Assembly: GCF_001194135.2 (NCBI RefSeq)
Contig: NC_068993.1
Location: 29,117,077-29,167,652 of the forward strand
Reading direction: 5' to 3'
Origin: Octopus bimaculoides
Taxonomy: Eukaryota
Length of the DNA: 50,576 nucleotides
In this document: positions 24,123 through 38,814 of the stretch, piece after piece
How positions within the stretch are numbered: the first letter of the stretch is position 1
Layout of the letters: the number at the start of each line of letters is the position of its first letter
Translations under genes and position numbers: made by a program
The notes under the pieces: model-generated
Databases searched by the model: none
The model's input: only the letters and a program-made list of their open reading frames with translations
Told to the model about the DNA's origin: nothing

Positions 24123-26394
24123 ATAATATCTCATTCACTTAAATTAATTTTAGGTGTCAAAAGGCTTCAACTAGAACATCTTCAAATTTTTGACTGATCT
24201 TTGAATTACTATATTACTGGATCTTCAAATTATTATATCTTTCTTTTCCTGACTGGTTGTTTCTAGAAGTCCTTCTAATCCCAAACCCAAAATCACTAAC
24301 CACTAACTTACGTTGGGTTGCACATTCCTCACTTCGGAAAGACTTTGCAAGCACCTGTCTATATACTGGTAATATAACATAAGTGAGAAGGATGGAAGAG
24401 AGAATGGAGAAAAAGGAGTTACATGTTGCTCTGAATCTGTTGTATAGAGAAAGGATTTCGTATATAAATTTTTGACTTTGTGGCTAAAAGAGTTTTTTTT
24501 TATTTTGTAGTATAGAAAAAAAGTCATATTTAACTGACCCAGATCTGGTTTCACTGATTTCAGCTTTTTAAAGTTTGGTATAATTTTTCCATATTCAAAA
24601 GCATGTGTGGATTAATGAATAAATAGGCATGTTGCTTATGACATTTTCGAAACAAGGGACATAACTTTGGCTTGTGTTTTGCATCACTTGTGATTGAAAG
24701 TAATTGATTTTTGTTTCCATTAGAAGAGTGTTTTCTACTCATATATATAACCTACATAGCAGATATACAAACATCTCAAATTTACCTATTTTTCTGAAGA
24801 CTAAAAAAAGTGATGAACAGCCTTAATCAATTGTTGATCCTTACTGAAGTCTCATTAGGTGTCTAACGTCACTTGACCAATTTCAGGGAAACAAGTAGTC
24901 AATCTGTTTATATACATATCAAATCTAGTGGTTCCAGAGGACAAGGGCTACTAATTTGTATACCATAAGTGTTTAACACTTTATTTAATATCAGAGACCT
25001 GTCAATGGGGAAACCAGTCCACACAGTATCAAAGTGTGATATTAGTATATGTAAACCTATGTAATAGACACACAAACATGTCACGATTTTCATGCACCTG
25101 TTTTTGAATATGTTATGTACATAAAGCAGCTTTAATGTATTTTAACTTGAGAAATAGAGTATTAGACAACAGTTCGAGTTCTTTTTACCCGTCTTTCTAT
25201 TCTCTCTTTATTTATTTCTCTCCTTTTTATTTCTCTGACATCCAATATTTCTGTCTCTTCCCCTTATTTCTTTAACATATTAATTGAATTAAATATAAAG
25301 TAAGCTTTTATTATGTAACAACATAAACTAACTGCTAAGTTACTAGACAAATTAGTTAATGTATGTCAATATCTTTTCATATGCTTCAAAGTAAGCATTT
25401 TTATGTTAATGTATGTTTATGCTAAGCACATACATGCATATATGTAAAAAAAAATTAAAACAGTCAATATACCATTGTATTACATTGTATTAGATGTAAG
25501 TACCTACTATCTAGCAGACTAGAATTAATTACACTTTTGTATCAATGAGGAATGCCAGTTAACTTTACAATCTAACTAAATTTTCAAAATCTGATGCCAA
25601 ATGATATATTAACCTTTCTTTTGTTAGGTTGATATAGTCCACTAACAATAAGTATTTTTCTCATAGAAATTCACTCCTATTTAGATGGAACTAAAATATT
25701 AGCACTCCCTTTTAAGGAACACAGACATTAATTTGGTTGATTGAGAAATCAAGAGGTTTGATTTGTGGCTGACCTAAATATATCCATTAAATGCTGTATT
25801 CTTCTAGTTTGTTAAACTTTACTGTAAATCTCAAATCCCCATCATATGTTGCTAAAATATTTGGCAACATATCGCCTAAAATATTCGGAATCACTGCTAA
25901 GATGCTTAAAATATGAGGCAGTGTGGGTTATGGTCTTGTCACCCACATCGCAAACATTTGGTGAGCTAGGCATTATCTACTGAAGACTGGAACCAACAGA
26001 TTGTGTGGAGGAAACCACCAGATTCATTCAATGGGTAGGAAGGTAGACCAGCAAGCATTGTGGAGCACAAACAGGGCACAGTGAGACACAAAGGACACTG
26101 TGGCCATCCACTGCATCTCAACTTGTCTTTGGTTGTCTTGACTTCGTCCTGTCACTAGAATGAGATAGGAAGGGATGAGAGAATGAAGCTGATGATGTTG
26201 CATAATCCTCTCTCATTGTAATCCATGTCACATGCCAATCAAGACATAATTTCATCCCTACTCACCTTGAACTCCTGTGGCAATTGCCTCTCAATGCCTG
26301 GCATAAAACCACCCCCTTCCCAACTGTGACTCCACCAGTTGAAGGAGATTTAAGTATTATGATCTACATGGCAATCTCATTAGTACTACGGCCA

Positions 26395-26575
26395 TGCAAA
26401 CAAGCACCCAATACACTCTGTTAAGTGGTTGGCATTAGGAAGGTCATCCAACCATAGAAATGCCAGAGCAGATATAGGAGTTTGATGCAATCCACTGGCT
26501 CATCAGATCCTATACCAAATTGTGAAACCCATGCAGCATGGAAGACAGATGTGAAGCAGATGATGATGATGATTT
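26395..26575 (+). mobile_element. RTE-tail-related short retroposon ending in (GAT)n
   Basis: gttggcattaggaaggtcatcca...gcagcatggaagacagatgtgaa-gatgatgat is the reverse complement of the 19560-19710 tail. Confidence 0.7.
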
Positions 26576-26583
26576 TATATATA

Positions 26584-26723
26584 NNNNNNNNNNNNNNNNN
26601 NNNNNNNNNNNNNNNNNNNNNNNNNNNNNNNNNNNNNNNNNNNNNNNNNNNNNNNNNNNNNNNNNNNNNNNNNNNNNNNNNNNNNNNNNNNNNNNNNNNN
26701 NNNNNNNNNNNNNNNNNNNNNNN
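26584..26723. other. Assembly gap inside a (TA)n microsatellite
   Basis: 140 N bases flanked by TA repeats. Confidence 1.
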
Positions 26724-26760
<37 letters not shown>

Positions 26761-27204
26761 GTATATATATATATGTATGTATGTATCATACAGATTTCAT
26801 TTTGCCTCTTTTCATCATTTAGTGATAAGAATAGTGTGTATGTGTGAGGCACAGGTTCCTCTCTTTTTCACCACAACTAACATACCATACAATTCCACAT
26901 CATTCTTCACCCTACTATCTACAGCATACCACACTATGCTAACAAATTTATCATAACATATCATACCACACCATACCATACTATACCAATCTCATATCAC
27001 AACATACTTAATCCACATCATAGGTTTACTTGATTAAAGCAGACCAGGAGGTAAATAACTTAAATATTCCCATGCTCATATTTCACTTCAAGTTTTTCAG
27101 AAATATATTCCATTCAAACTGAAATTAGGAGAAAATACTGAGACAATGGTATTTGTTGAGAGTAGACAGAGTATGAAGAATTGTATAAAAAACTATAACT
27201 CTAC

Positions 27205-27286
27205 CTGTTGAGGGCCTGTAGAGAATCTGTATCAAGGAAGTCATGGTCATTATGGACTGATTCTGTGTTGATAGGAAACTGACCAT
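27205..27286 (-). CDS. STARD13: DLC1/STARD13 exon (82 bp, phase 1 to 2), SAM domain
   Basis: ttgttttattgcag|ATGGTCAGTTTCCTATC...CTCAACAG|gtagag encodes (D)GQFPINTESVHNDHDFLDTDSLQALN(R), compared with STARD13 DSQFPINIVAVKNDHDFLEKD. Confidence 0.92.
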
Positions 27287-28051
27287 CTGCAATAAAACAA
27301 ACAAAAATCACGTGAGAATACAGTCATTATTATCATCACCACCATCATTGCAACCACCACTACCAACATTACAACTATGACGACAACCACCATCACATAA
27401 ATCATATTCAGCTAAGAAGCCTCTATTATAGTAACTCAGTTTGCTAACAACAGCAGCCAAATTTCCTTCAAGTCAAAAATCTCTGTGTTAAATAAGGAAA
27501 GATACATCAAACAATATAGTCCTAGATATATTATGGCTGCAAAAATATCAGAAAGGTCATGGCTTGAATGTTTTTGATCAGGGTAACCTGGTGTTAAGCA
27601 AGAGTAACAATAAAATCCCTTTTCCATAATTTGCAGCTTTAACTAATACCAGAAACTATCATTAAAGTCAACATGTTCAACTGTTTTCTTCTCGCAAAAT
27701 TTGAGGTCTTATGCTTCTGTACGAAAAACATTCCCTGTAGTAAATAATATAAATTGTCATCATTGTTGTGAAGTTTTGAGATAGTTGGACATGTTTCTTT
27801 TGGTTCTTTCTCACATCATGGATCAATTCTTAACATACTGTCATGATTCTATTACAACCCAGTCCTGTAATGATTCTATTACAGAAGAGAAATGAATGAT
27901 AGATGGAAGTAATACTCTTTTTGTTTCCACCACTTATGAACAACAGCCACTATAACACACAGATACATATGTATTTCTCTGTGTAAAAGAATGAATAGAG
28001 AAGTTTAGATTGCAAAACAGGGAAAGAGTTTCCAGCTTTCTTTTTTATCAC

Positions 28052-28114
28052 CAGATGGGCTATAAGATATGACAGATGGGCTATAAGATATGACAGATGG
28101 GCTATAAGATATGA
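28052..28114. repeat. Perfect 21-bp tandem repeat, three copies
   Basis: cagatgggctataagatatga repeated three times. Confidence 0.95.
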
Positions 28115-29859
28115 AAATGGTTGTGAAGGAAAAAAATTCTGGTACATAACAAGCAATGTTGCCTCAATAACTCATTCTCTTACTGGGCAGTCTGAACAAA
28201 GACAATAACTTTCCTCTGCATCTTGAAAGAAGCAAGGGCTTTTCTCATACACATGAAAACGCAATTGCAGACATTCCTAGCAAATGTGTGGAATAATACA
28301 TCATTCACTGGTCAAGGAAAAAAAATGGAATCATATGCATAATATTCAAATTGGAGGGCAAAGTGAAAACAGGTTGAGCAGGTGTGTTAAACTCCTGTCC
28401 ATAAGTCTGCACCACAATACCATGGGTGGCACAACACAAAAGTTACAATAAAGGATATTGGTCATGTTGACTCTTGGTTCACTGTCACATTGGTAATGTA
28501 ATATGGACAAGTGGTGAGTGCAGCATAAATAAAAATGACATGTGGCTGCATAAGGTCTATATGGATTTATGAGTCCTAACATTCCCTGAAGACCAAAGAG
28601 CAATTCCAGAAGTGTGTCTCACTGGCTGTCAAAAAAAAAGCTACAAGACTAGTGGTGCCAGGTAGAAAACTCGGCTATTAAACTTATGATAGTAAAGGCT
28701 ATTTAAGGGCTTTTTGTGCTGAGAAACTAGAAAAGTTCAGGAAGAGACAACAGCAGAATCAGCAACAAAACAACAGCTCCTGGAAGCTGGTGTTCTAACA
28801 CCACTACCAGTCACAATGCTGGTTGAAGTTCCAAAGATGGTTAAAGATCTTGCCCTGTGATCAGAATCTAAAGTCAACAACTATGGGTCCTTTCTCCTGG
28901 TCACAACCAGTAGTATCACCCCAACATCTTAAAGACATGAAGAGTGAACAAGGGTGGCAAACTGACAGGGACAATACAAAGAATAGAAAAAGAAGACTTC
29001 AAGGGATACCGTTAACCCCAAGAAATAGCATGCAGAACAAGCAAAAGGAGATTTGTTCTTAGCTTAGAAGAAATCAAACTTAAGAAATCTACTTCTCCTT
29101 GGAAGCTATGAAGTTCATAGCACTGAAAGTATCTAACTAGGACTTGATGGACTTCCAGAATGAACTGTGAGAAGAAAGCATAGTTAAAAAGGTACTTGTT
29201 TGAGAAGAAATGAGAGCAGAGTGATGGAGAATATGCAAAAGATAGACAGTGGTGAATATGATATCAAAAGTTTATTGAACTTTCAAGCAGGATGTGAGTC
29301 CCTTCATGCCCATCCCAACACCAAAAATGTTTACAGACCCTTTAGGAAAAAATGATACAAGACAAACAGGTAGGGGTACTTTGGCCTAACCTAGCTGATG
29401 GTTTCTCATCTGTGTATGTTTGTGTGTGCAGGAGTGAGGGTTACCTAAATATTTTTTTATATTTTAAAATAACTTAGATATGTTTTAAAATTATTATGTT
29501 CTGATACAATGATCTATTTATTCAAACGTTTTACTTTATATCAAATTCTTAACAAGTCCTTAAACTGTACAATGTCTTTATTATCCTGCATGATTTTCAT
29601 TTGTCTATCTCTTAAGGTTTTTTAACTCCTATATATAACATCTTTATTGTATTATGAAAGGCTCCTAGTGATAATAAAAGAAAAAGGCTGTTAATATCAT
29701 TTGTATTAGTGGTTAAGAAAACTACTTCTCAAATACATAGTTTTTCATAGCAAAAATAACTGCAAGAGCTTCCTTTTCAATTTGACTATAATTTTTCTCT
29801 GCTGATATCAGAGAATGTGAGGCATGGACTGCCACCTTTATGTTACTATTTTTATATTT

Positions 29860-32330
29860 TTATAGCATTACTGCTCCTATGCTATACTCAGAAGCATCTG
29901 AAGCTACAACAATCTCCACTGCAGGATTGAAGCATGCTAACGACAAATCAGATATCAACATTTTTTATATTTCGCCAAATGCCCTTTGGCAGTTTTTGGA
30001 CCAATTCCATTTCATATAGATTTTCAGCAGATTATTCAGTGGAACCCTCACCTTATGCATATTTGGAATATAATTTTGGTAATAATTTGCCAATCCTAAA
30101 AATGCTTGTAAGGTTGTTATGTTTATCGGATCGGGCATATTTTTGATTGTGTCTACCCTCAACAGGTCTGGTTGACATCCATTTCTGTCAATGATTTGTC
30201 CTAAATATCTTATTTACAGTAAGAAAAATTCACACTTTTCTTCACTCAAAGTAAAGCCATAATCCCTAAATTTTTTGAATACATATTTCACATGCTCTAC
30301 TTGTTGATCCCTGGAGTCGCTTTTAATAAGTATATCATCCAGATATGGAATTGCGAATTCACAATCTGCTAACATTGCATCTATAATCTGTTAAAAAATT
30401 GCTGGTGCAACTTTTAAGACAAATGGTAACCTGTTGTATTTATAAAGTCCTTTATGTGTGTTAACTGTTAGATATTTAAAGTGTCAAAGAGATCCAATTT
30501 AGAAAGTATCTTGCCACTGTTTAATTTCACAAAAATATCCTCCAGAGTAGGTAGTGGATAGCAGCACATTTTAAGACATTCATTAAACCAGTGGAAAAAT
30601 CATCACACACTCTGATTTTATTATTCGTTTTCTTAATGTACTGTTGGTGCTGCCCATTTAGAATATTCCACTTTGTTCTAGTCTCTCAAAATTTATCTGT
30701 TCTAATGCTGTGACTGGTACCATTCGTTTTTGTTTAAATGTTCTTGTATTTGAAACCACACCTTCATTTTGGTGCTTAGATCTAATTTACTAAACAGAAC
30801 TTCAGGAAAAATATAAAAAATTTTTTTTCTTCAATTCGTCTGATGACTCATTTGTACTGGACAAAAAAAACCATTCACTTTATTACAGAAAAGATTTATG
30901 GGGAGGTGCCATAAATTAAACAATTCCATCCAGTCAGTACCGAACAAATATTTGGTATCATTTAACCCAAAAACTTTAGCTTTCAAGGTTTTTTCACGAA
31001 ATGTAATGTTACTTATCAATTCGCCCTTAAAATATAATTATTTTCCTGAAATACCATGGGCAATTTTTGCGATTTCATTTAATTTAGATCTCCCAATCTT
31101 TTTCCATGTATCTGTGTTAATTATTGAGATGTTGCTGCTTGTATCCAATTGTAACTTTACGTTTGTGTTATTAATTTTTAAATACACAAATTTTCTTTCA
31201 GGCTCATTTGTACTTTTTTTGCCAATAATCTGTTTACATAATTTTTCTGTTGAACTGTTTTTTTTACGTTCTGTCCTACAATGTGTCTTTTTATGGCCTA
31301 TTTTATCACACTTGTAGCATTTTATATTTTTAAACAGACAGTTATTTTAAAAATGTCGACCACTGCACCCATAACATGGATTTGGTCTTGATATTTTTTT
31401 TGTCTATTTTCTTATTCATTGCTGGTCGACACACTTAAATCTGAAGGCAATCTTTCTCTTCAATTTTATTTGTGTCATGTCTTATACTAATAATCCTCTG
31501 ACATTCTTCTGCTACACAGTTAAATTGTGGTCCTGTTCTAATTTTGTTAATATCAGGCATCATATATCTACATCTTTGCTTGCAGTAAGCCCTTGAACAA
31601 AAATTAAAGACTTGAACATGACTGGGGTCGAACTCATTCAATTTGAATTTCTCACATTCTCTGTTAACCACTCTGGCATAGGTGACAAAATCATTGCTAG
31701 CGAGTATTGAACATGGAACATTTTTTACTGAAAATTTTCAATAAAATATTGTTTTATTGAAACAAATCTTACCTGGTTTCTTTGGCAGAATATAATTACT
31801 TTATTTTTCTTAAAAGTAGTCGTACATTTTTCTCGTTGGAACAACATTTACACTCTTCTTTGAGGATACCTTTGTATCTATGAAAATATGCAGAGAAGGT
31901 AGTACCTTCTGGATTATAGCTGAATTCTTCAATAAAGCTTGCTACACTGTCTAGTAAGAAGGAACCTGAAGTATTTTCAGACTTCTTCAACATTAATTCC
32001 AGCAACTGTTGATTCTGTTGTTGTTGTTGCTGCTGTAACTGCACCACTAAGGCCAATAAATCTTCCATGCTATAACGACTTTTTCTTTGGTTTCATATAA
32101 AAAGAAAAATTTTAAATGTCCAACACAAGCTTCAAACAACTCACCGCCACTTTAATATTAGATATATAACAAAGTGGGGAAGAAAGTATATACACGATGC
32201 ACTATTACATGAGACTCAGTGCTCTATATCAAAGGCTCACAGTGAACTGCTACCAGCAGCAACTGCCAATCGCTCATAGTTCTTTGTTTTATACCAAATC
32301 AGTCTACCTTTTAGTCACTTGAGGAGTGGT
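29860..32330 (-). mobile_element. Decayed Ty3/Gypsy LTR retrotransposon: partial 5' LTR, PBS, gag, CCHC knuckle, protease, RT and start of RNase H
   Basis: PBS-like taatattaaaGTGGCGGTGAG at ~32140-32160. gag MEDLLALVVQLQQQ...EFSYNPEGTTFSAYF, knuckle CYKCDKIGHKKTHC, protease KLQLDTSSNISII, RT YNRLPF...AIPYLDDIL and FLGLANYY, RNase H VVASDASEYSIGAV. No integrase in view. Confidence 0.92.
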
Positions 32331-33019
32331 TGGAATTATTCCACAACTTTTTGAGTTTTCTGTTGTATTTGTTTTTGTATTGTGTGTTGTTTGTGCAGTA
32401 CAGGTTGTGTTCTGTTGGGTATCGGACTTCCATGGCACATGTTGTGGGCTTTATTCATTTTATTGGGTATTTTCAATATAAGTTTATTCCTGTATGTTTT
32501 TGGAGGAGTGTTGCATAGTAGTGTGTGTAAATCATAAATCAACCATTTCATAGTATTCATGGTTATCTGTCCATTGTTCTTCTTTTTTGGTTGGTTTTGT
32601 TATGGGTCCATTTTTCAGCGTTTACTTTTTGACAGAACACTGCCCATGGACATGTGTTGATGCTTCTTTCGTATTTATAATTATTATTGATGTATAAGCA
32701 AAAGACTGAGAAGAAACAGCAATGTGCATATAGAGAGAGGTCTTGTATAACGATTGGATGCATATGTAATTAAAATTTTAAATTTTAAATTTTACTCACT
32801 AGTTTGTAGTTTGTGTATAGAAATATTGTAGTCCACATGTTTACATTTTCATGCACATGTTACTGTGGTGGCACATCTGAAGGAAGCTATTCTACACACA
32901 CACGCACACTCCATATCAGAAAAATCTTTCAGTTTCCCTGAGATGGCTTACATTAACACATAGTTTTCTTTCATTGTTTTTGTGGATTCTGAATTTCTGC
33001 TTCGTGGTGGTTTCAGATT

Positions 33020-34500
33020 AGATCTATATATCCAGCAATGAATGCTGCAGCTAAGTGGGTATGGGTACTGGGGAAGTGTTTCAACTAGATGTTGGGGACC
33101 TTGTCTATCCCTGGAGTTTTCCAGTTGCTAGTACTCCTCAGTGTGTCCGTGATCACTTGGCCTGTGATGGTGGGCCACACCAGTGGTTCTTTCTTGTTCT
33201 TCCATTCCTTTTCCCAATTAATCCATTTAGCATTTTTGTTGTGTTTTTTAGTTTACTCCATATTCCTTCCTAGTATGATTAAATCACATATGTTCTTGGC
33301 ATGGAATCTATTGACATATTTTTTGTTTAACTTTCTGTAAAAACTTATTGTGTTTATTTTGAATTCTCTCTATTTTGTTGGAAGAAGCACTCCCGTTTTT
33401 CATGCTGTTTTATGCAGCAAGCTTTTGCTGCTATGCTCTGTTTAATTTTTTTCTTTTACTTCCCATGTATCTCTTTATTTTTTGTTTTGTGTTGTTTTGT
33501 TATATGAGTTTTTTTTTTTTCATATTTGATCCCTCTTTCTCTAATTCACAAAGTAGTGACAAGTCTTTCTTTTGTTTTTGAATTTTTTTTATTATGATCT
33601 ATTTCCACTTGCTGTTTGATTTGGCTGGATGTTATCTTTCTTTGTAAGGGCTAAGCCCAGTTTCCCTGGATATCATTACAGCTGTTGAGTAGATCAAGGC
33701 ATTTAGTTTGTTGATATCTAGTGTATCTTTTGTAACCTGGGGAGGCGCTTATGCTGGTCCAGATTTATCGACTAAGTGATGTTTACTTCTTCTATTTTTG
33801 TTATTTCTTCAGTCAGATTGTCTTTGTCCTCAGTTATAGTTGGTCTGTTATGATGTGTGTTATCATCACCATCACCATCACCATCACCATCACCACTACT
33901 ATTATTCTTTTAACTCAGGTTTTGTTGGAACTCCTGGAATTTTGCATGTGTAGCAGGCTTGCTACCTGCAACCTACAATACCATGCTATCTATTTCTCTT
34001 CAACTATCCAATACTTTCCTGGTGATTCTGGCCATGCCAAGGAGGAAAACTTTTAGCAACAGCTCTACTGGGGCACTCTATTCCCATTTCCTTTATATTC
34101 CTCTGAATATCTTCTGATACTGACCCCGAGGCCCTGACAATAATTGGCACTATTTTCACCTTTTTAATTTTCCATATCCAAGCTTTTTTATATTCAAGAG
34201 GATTATATATGTCTATTTTTCACCTTCCTTAACTATTTGTTGGTCAAAGGGGCATGTAACATCAATTACAGAGCACATCTGCCGTGGTCAACTGGTGTGC
34301 TTTCTTTTGCAGTTTCTGATGATTAACTTGTCAATTAATAGCTGATCTTTTTTCCCCGCCAGCTTCTCTCTTGACACCCTGTCTATTCAATCAGTAGCAT
34401 CCCACTTTTTTATACATGTCCATACAATTCACCAGCCAAAACACCTGATAGTAGTTTCCACATGAGCAGAAGACATGTTATTGAATAAAAGTTGGATATA
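33020..34500 (-). mobile_element. Decayed R4/Dong-type LINE fragments
   Basis: SNWKTPGIDKVPNI.LK, LDINKLNALIYSTA, and RLE-region remnants near 34000-34500. Confidence 0.6.
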
Positions 34501-35259
34501 CTAATACCCTTTTCAAGATCCTTGACACGTAACAATGACTTTCCCATTTTCATTCAGCTGGGTACTGAGCTTTCCTACAAGCGCTTATCCAACTGTTCTG
34601 TTATCCTTTCATGGACCCCTCTCATCCTCTTCATCCAACATTCTTGAACACTATCTGGCCCTGGGCTCTTTCACTTTGGTATTTTACTTATTTGTCTTTT
34701 CATCTTTTCTGTATTATCTTTAGGTTACTTTGACCTTGTATATTTCTTAACTTATCTTGGATTTCATACAGCCACTCCACATTATTATGCTCAACAGGTC
34801 GATTATTATATTTTATTATTATTATTGTCTTACCATTTATTTTTTAAAATCATAGTGCATGGTTTCAGAAAGATTTGAACTTAAATGACCATATAAAGAT
34901 GTTCTTTGTTTGCAGTGTCAATGTAGAGGGTAACATTGTGACATGATATACTTAATACTTAGTTTAAAGGCAATGATAGTACAGGATGAAACAGTAGCAA
35001 CAGGCTATATGTACTGAGGCAATGGTCATGTGGAAAGACAGAGGGGAGAAAAGGAGTGATAAAGAAAGAGATATCAATAGTTCTAAGTAGTTTTTCAAAA
35101 TACCATTAATAAACAAACATACACAATTATGAGATGTGGATAAAAAGTATCTGTTTTTGTTTTTTTTTACCAGCAAAAACCCACACCATGTGGACAAAAT
35201 CTTTTGGGTGGGAAATGACACCACTCTTCCTGCACATGTGTGAAAATTTTCACATTGGT

Positions 35260-35880
35260 AGGCCATGTCAATTCCTGGCTGTTATGTTTTAGAGTACAGA
35301 AGTGTAATGCGCACTCATCTGATTTTTGTTTTCACACAAGCTGACTGAATGCATCGAACAGAGATCATAAATTCATGTCTCATTGACAGTGATAAGGGCA
35401 GTTTCTATGTGGAAGTGATTCTGCTGCTCTATCAGCACCTTGGGGATGAATTTCACCAGCACAAACCCACTGTTGAAATGGAATGCACAAATCCTATGCT
35501 TATTTCCACTTTGAGATCAATTTCCTGGATTGTTACATGATAGTCTTCCATGACTATTTGCCGAACCTTCTCAATAAGCTCCTCTTTCCAGCTTGTGGAT
35601 GGCTTGCCTGTGCATGCCTTGCTCTCCACTGAGGTGTTGTCATATTTGAAGCAGTTGACCAGTTTTGCCCATGACATCATTACCACAGGCTTGCTGAGTC
35701 TTCTGGATGGTTTGAGCTCAACTATTACCAAGCTTTTGGCAAAACTTGATGCAATATTTCTGCTTGAACATCTCTGCTTCAGTGAAAACAAAACTCTGAC
35801 AAGCATGCAATACATGTCTGTACTCTAAGCATACCTGTGCAGCAAGGGTGGTGTCACCTCCCACCCAAAAGATTTTGCCC
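35260..35880 (-). mobile_element. Mariner transposase N-terminal (HTH) remnant
   Basis: TSVESKACTGKPSTS..EELIEKVRQIVMED..VTIQEID..VEISIGFVHSI matches the mariner RSGRPSTS/DRR.TI.EI/IS.GS.H.I blocks. Confidence 0.8.
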
Positions 35881-36659
35881 ACGCAACATTAGTTTTGGCA
35901 GGGAAAACTAATGGATACTTTTTGAAAGCACCTTGTATTCTTCATCTAGTTTCAGTCTTTGGACTGTGGCCATGCTGGGATAATAATGCTTTCCAATGTA
36001 CTGTTGATTATGTTGACTCCTTATCTTATTAACCTCAGAAGGTGAAAGGTAAAGGTCATCTGAGGAGGATTTAAACTGAGAATACAAAGGAATATAACCA
36101 AATACAATATACATAATATATATATATGCAAACATTGAATATATATAAATATGCAGGTACAAATGTACCAAAATATGTGATAAGCTGTCATTTCCTACCT
36201 ATATATAGGATTCACACACACACACACACACATATATAAGTTATGTGTGAGAAAGAGGGAGAGAGGGGAGGCAGGAGTCCATGCATGTGTGTGTATGAAT
36301 CAGTGAAAGACATGAGTACCCACAATATAAGAATGTTAAACATTAATTAGTATCTTATTAAACTTGGCAAACCTGAAGATATTTTCTCTCATCTTTACTA
36401 AATTATGTGTGTGTGTGCACATGTTTGGCATTAGGAAGGGCGTTCAGCTCTAGAAACCATGTCAAAGCAGACAAGATGTTAAATGATGATGATGATATAT
36501 TGATACTGTATTTAAAATATATTGATGAACATTTGACTGGAGACTTCTCTTACACTATAACACATGAAGAACCAACTGAGTTCATATATTGCTCTACACT
36601 GGTTACTGAACATACTACATAAAACTAAGAAAAACATGTCAAAGCAAGGCTAAGATATG

Positions 36660-36760
36660 TTTAGATATTCTTTTATTTGTTTCAGTCATTTGACTATAGC
36701 CATGCTGGTGCAGCACCGCCTTGAAGGTTTTTTAGTTGAACAAATCGACCCCAGGACTTA
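36660..36760 (-). mobile_element. Partial SINE tail of the 38815 family
   Basis: tgtttcagtcatttgactatagccatgctggtgcagcaccgcc...atcgaccccaggacttattc. Confidence 0.7.
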
Positions 36761-36763
36761 TTC

Positions 36764-36794
<31 letters not shown>

Positions 36795-37320
36795 GTGCAT
36801 GCGTGCGTGCGTGCGTGTGTCACTCAGTCAGATCTAAGACATTTGTAAACCACAGGGGAACAAAAAAAAAATCAACAACATTATAAAGTATTTTTTCTAT
36901 TTCACTTGTGCATATACATTCTGAACTCTTTAATCAACCAGCTCTATTACGAATATGAATACTGTAATCCAGCATGAAACAATACACTGACCTATACTCA
37001 AGAGAATTGCATGTCTCTTTAGATAATACAAAAAACATTTTTGCAGTTGAGAAAAACTTGTATAAACAACTTTCTAGAAATATTGCAAAAACTTATAAGA
37101 AAGCTAAACCTAACACAATTATATAAACAAGGAATTGAAAGCAGTTAACCATGGTCTTCAAAATGGATGGTAGAATTCGATGTTTAGATACCAGCCCCCA
37201 CTTGGATTATTTTGAAAGACCACATACCTGATTTCTTAGCTGATCCTAAATGCAGATTCATTAACATAATGGAAAGTGAAATAGGTAGAAATAGTAAGGT
37301 CAAACTTGATGCAATTAATA

Positions 37321-38577
37321 TGAGCAAAGTCAAAAATTATACACACTAGTTTCTGTAATTTATTAAAACAAAACAGTGGTTGAACAATTACATCATTTTT
37401 TTGACATGGTATCCTTGCTTTCTAATGCACTTCCTCCAGTGTTCCACAAGTTTGCTTGTTCTATTGGAGATGGTTTTCAGGTGGTTACACAGCCATTTAT
37501 GCATTGCTTCCTGTGCTTCATTTGTAGCAAATTGACAACCTTGTAAAGGACGTTTGAGTGACCCAAAGGCAATAGTTGGATGGGTGAAATCTGGACTGCA
37601 TACAGGGTGTTCCAGCAACTCAAAAATCAATTTTTCAATAGATTCAATGATGTGGGTAGCTGTATGTGAGTGTGCATTGTCAAGCAACAAACACACTTGC
37701 TTTGATAACAGACCTTGGTATTTGGTGAAAATTGCTTAGTTGGCCAGCATTTCATTGAAACCTACACTGGGGATTGTAGACCCCTTTTCCAGGTAATGTT
37801 TCAGTATAGGATCTTTTGTGTACCAAAAAACAGTTAGCATCATTTTTTCTGCGGAAAGTTGAGTCTTGAATTTCTTTTTGACCGACAATTCTGGGTGTTT
37901 CCACTCCATACTCTGACTTTTGGATTTTGGCTCAGAGTGATGGACTTAGGTTTTATCTCCTGTGACAATTCTCTCCAAAAAAGCTTTGCCTTCATAGTTG
38001 TAGTGGTTGAATAAGTATTGACAGATCTCTACACAACTGCTCTCTTGGCACCCATCGTGCACAGACTCTATGGAAGCAAAGCTTGTAAATGATTTCATAT
38101 GCAAAACCATGACTAATTTGTAGAGAACATGCTACCTCATAGCTGGTCACTTGTCAGTTTGCCAGAGCTATCTCTCAAGTTTGTTGAATCTTCACATAAG
38201 TGGTGGAGGTTAATGGGCATCCTGCTCCTTCTTTGTGTTTCATGCCTGTCAGGCCATTTTAAAAGTTCTTGATCCACTGATACACACTTCTGCATGGTAG
38301 AGCACTGTCTCCATTTGTACTGAAAGCCTGTGATGAATTTCAGCTCCAGATACACCATCAGTCCAAGGAAATTGGATCACTGATCTCTGCTCTTCCTTAG
38401 TGCACACTGCCAGCAGAGGGGCCATGTTTCTTCTGTAACAGAAGAAAGAAAACTGGAATGATCAAGGTTAAACCTTGGTTACATAACCACAAGAGTACCA
38501 CCATTTAGCATGTATGCACTGAAGGCAGTATCATTGACTTGTTGGTGAAAGTGCAGATAATTTTTGACCTCTCCTCA
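37321..38577 (-). mobile_element. Full-length decayed mariner (~1.26 kb) with TIRs and a TA duplication
   Basis: Left end TA|tgagcaaagtcaaaaattatacacact; right end (rc) TA|tgaggagaggtcaaaaattatctgcact. The transposase remnant LLDNAHSHTA...LLEHPVCSPD corresponds to HDNARPH / PYSPDL. Confidence 0.88.
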
Positions 38578-38814
38578 TAAAATTATACAGTCTAATAACC
38601 TTTCTCTCTCAAATGACAGTATCTCAATAACAGATTGATTTGACAATCTATATGAAATACATGACTGTTAATTCAAGCAATTTTCAATAGTAAAATTTTA
38701 CTCTTCTATTACTGAAAGCCTTATAATTCTGCCACGGATATGCTACCTTCATGGGTGGGGTTATAGATATTATTATATATGCAAGGAATTCCCTTCTATT
38801 GTATTTCAAGATTA

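Noticed and set aside
24312-24370. Exon-like segment (polypyrimidine tract, AG...GTAAGT) encoding RCLQSLSEVRNVQPN
   Set aside because: First considered as the third SAM exon, but 18884-18944 fits the family far better. No homology support, though a cryptic exon cannot be excluded.
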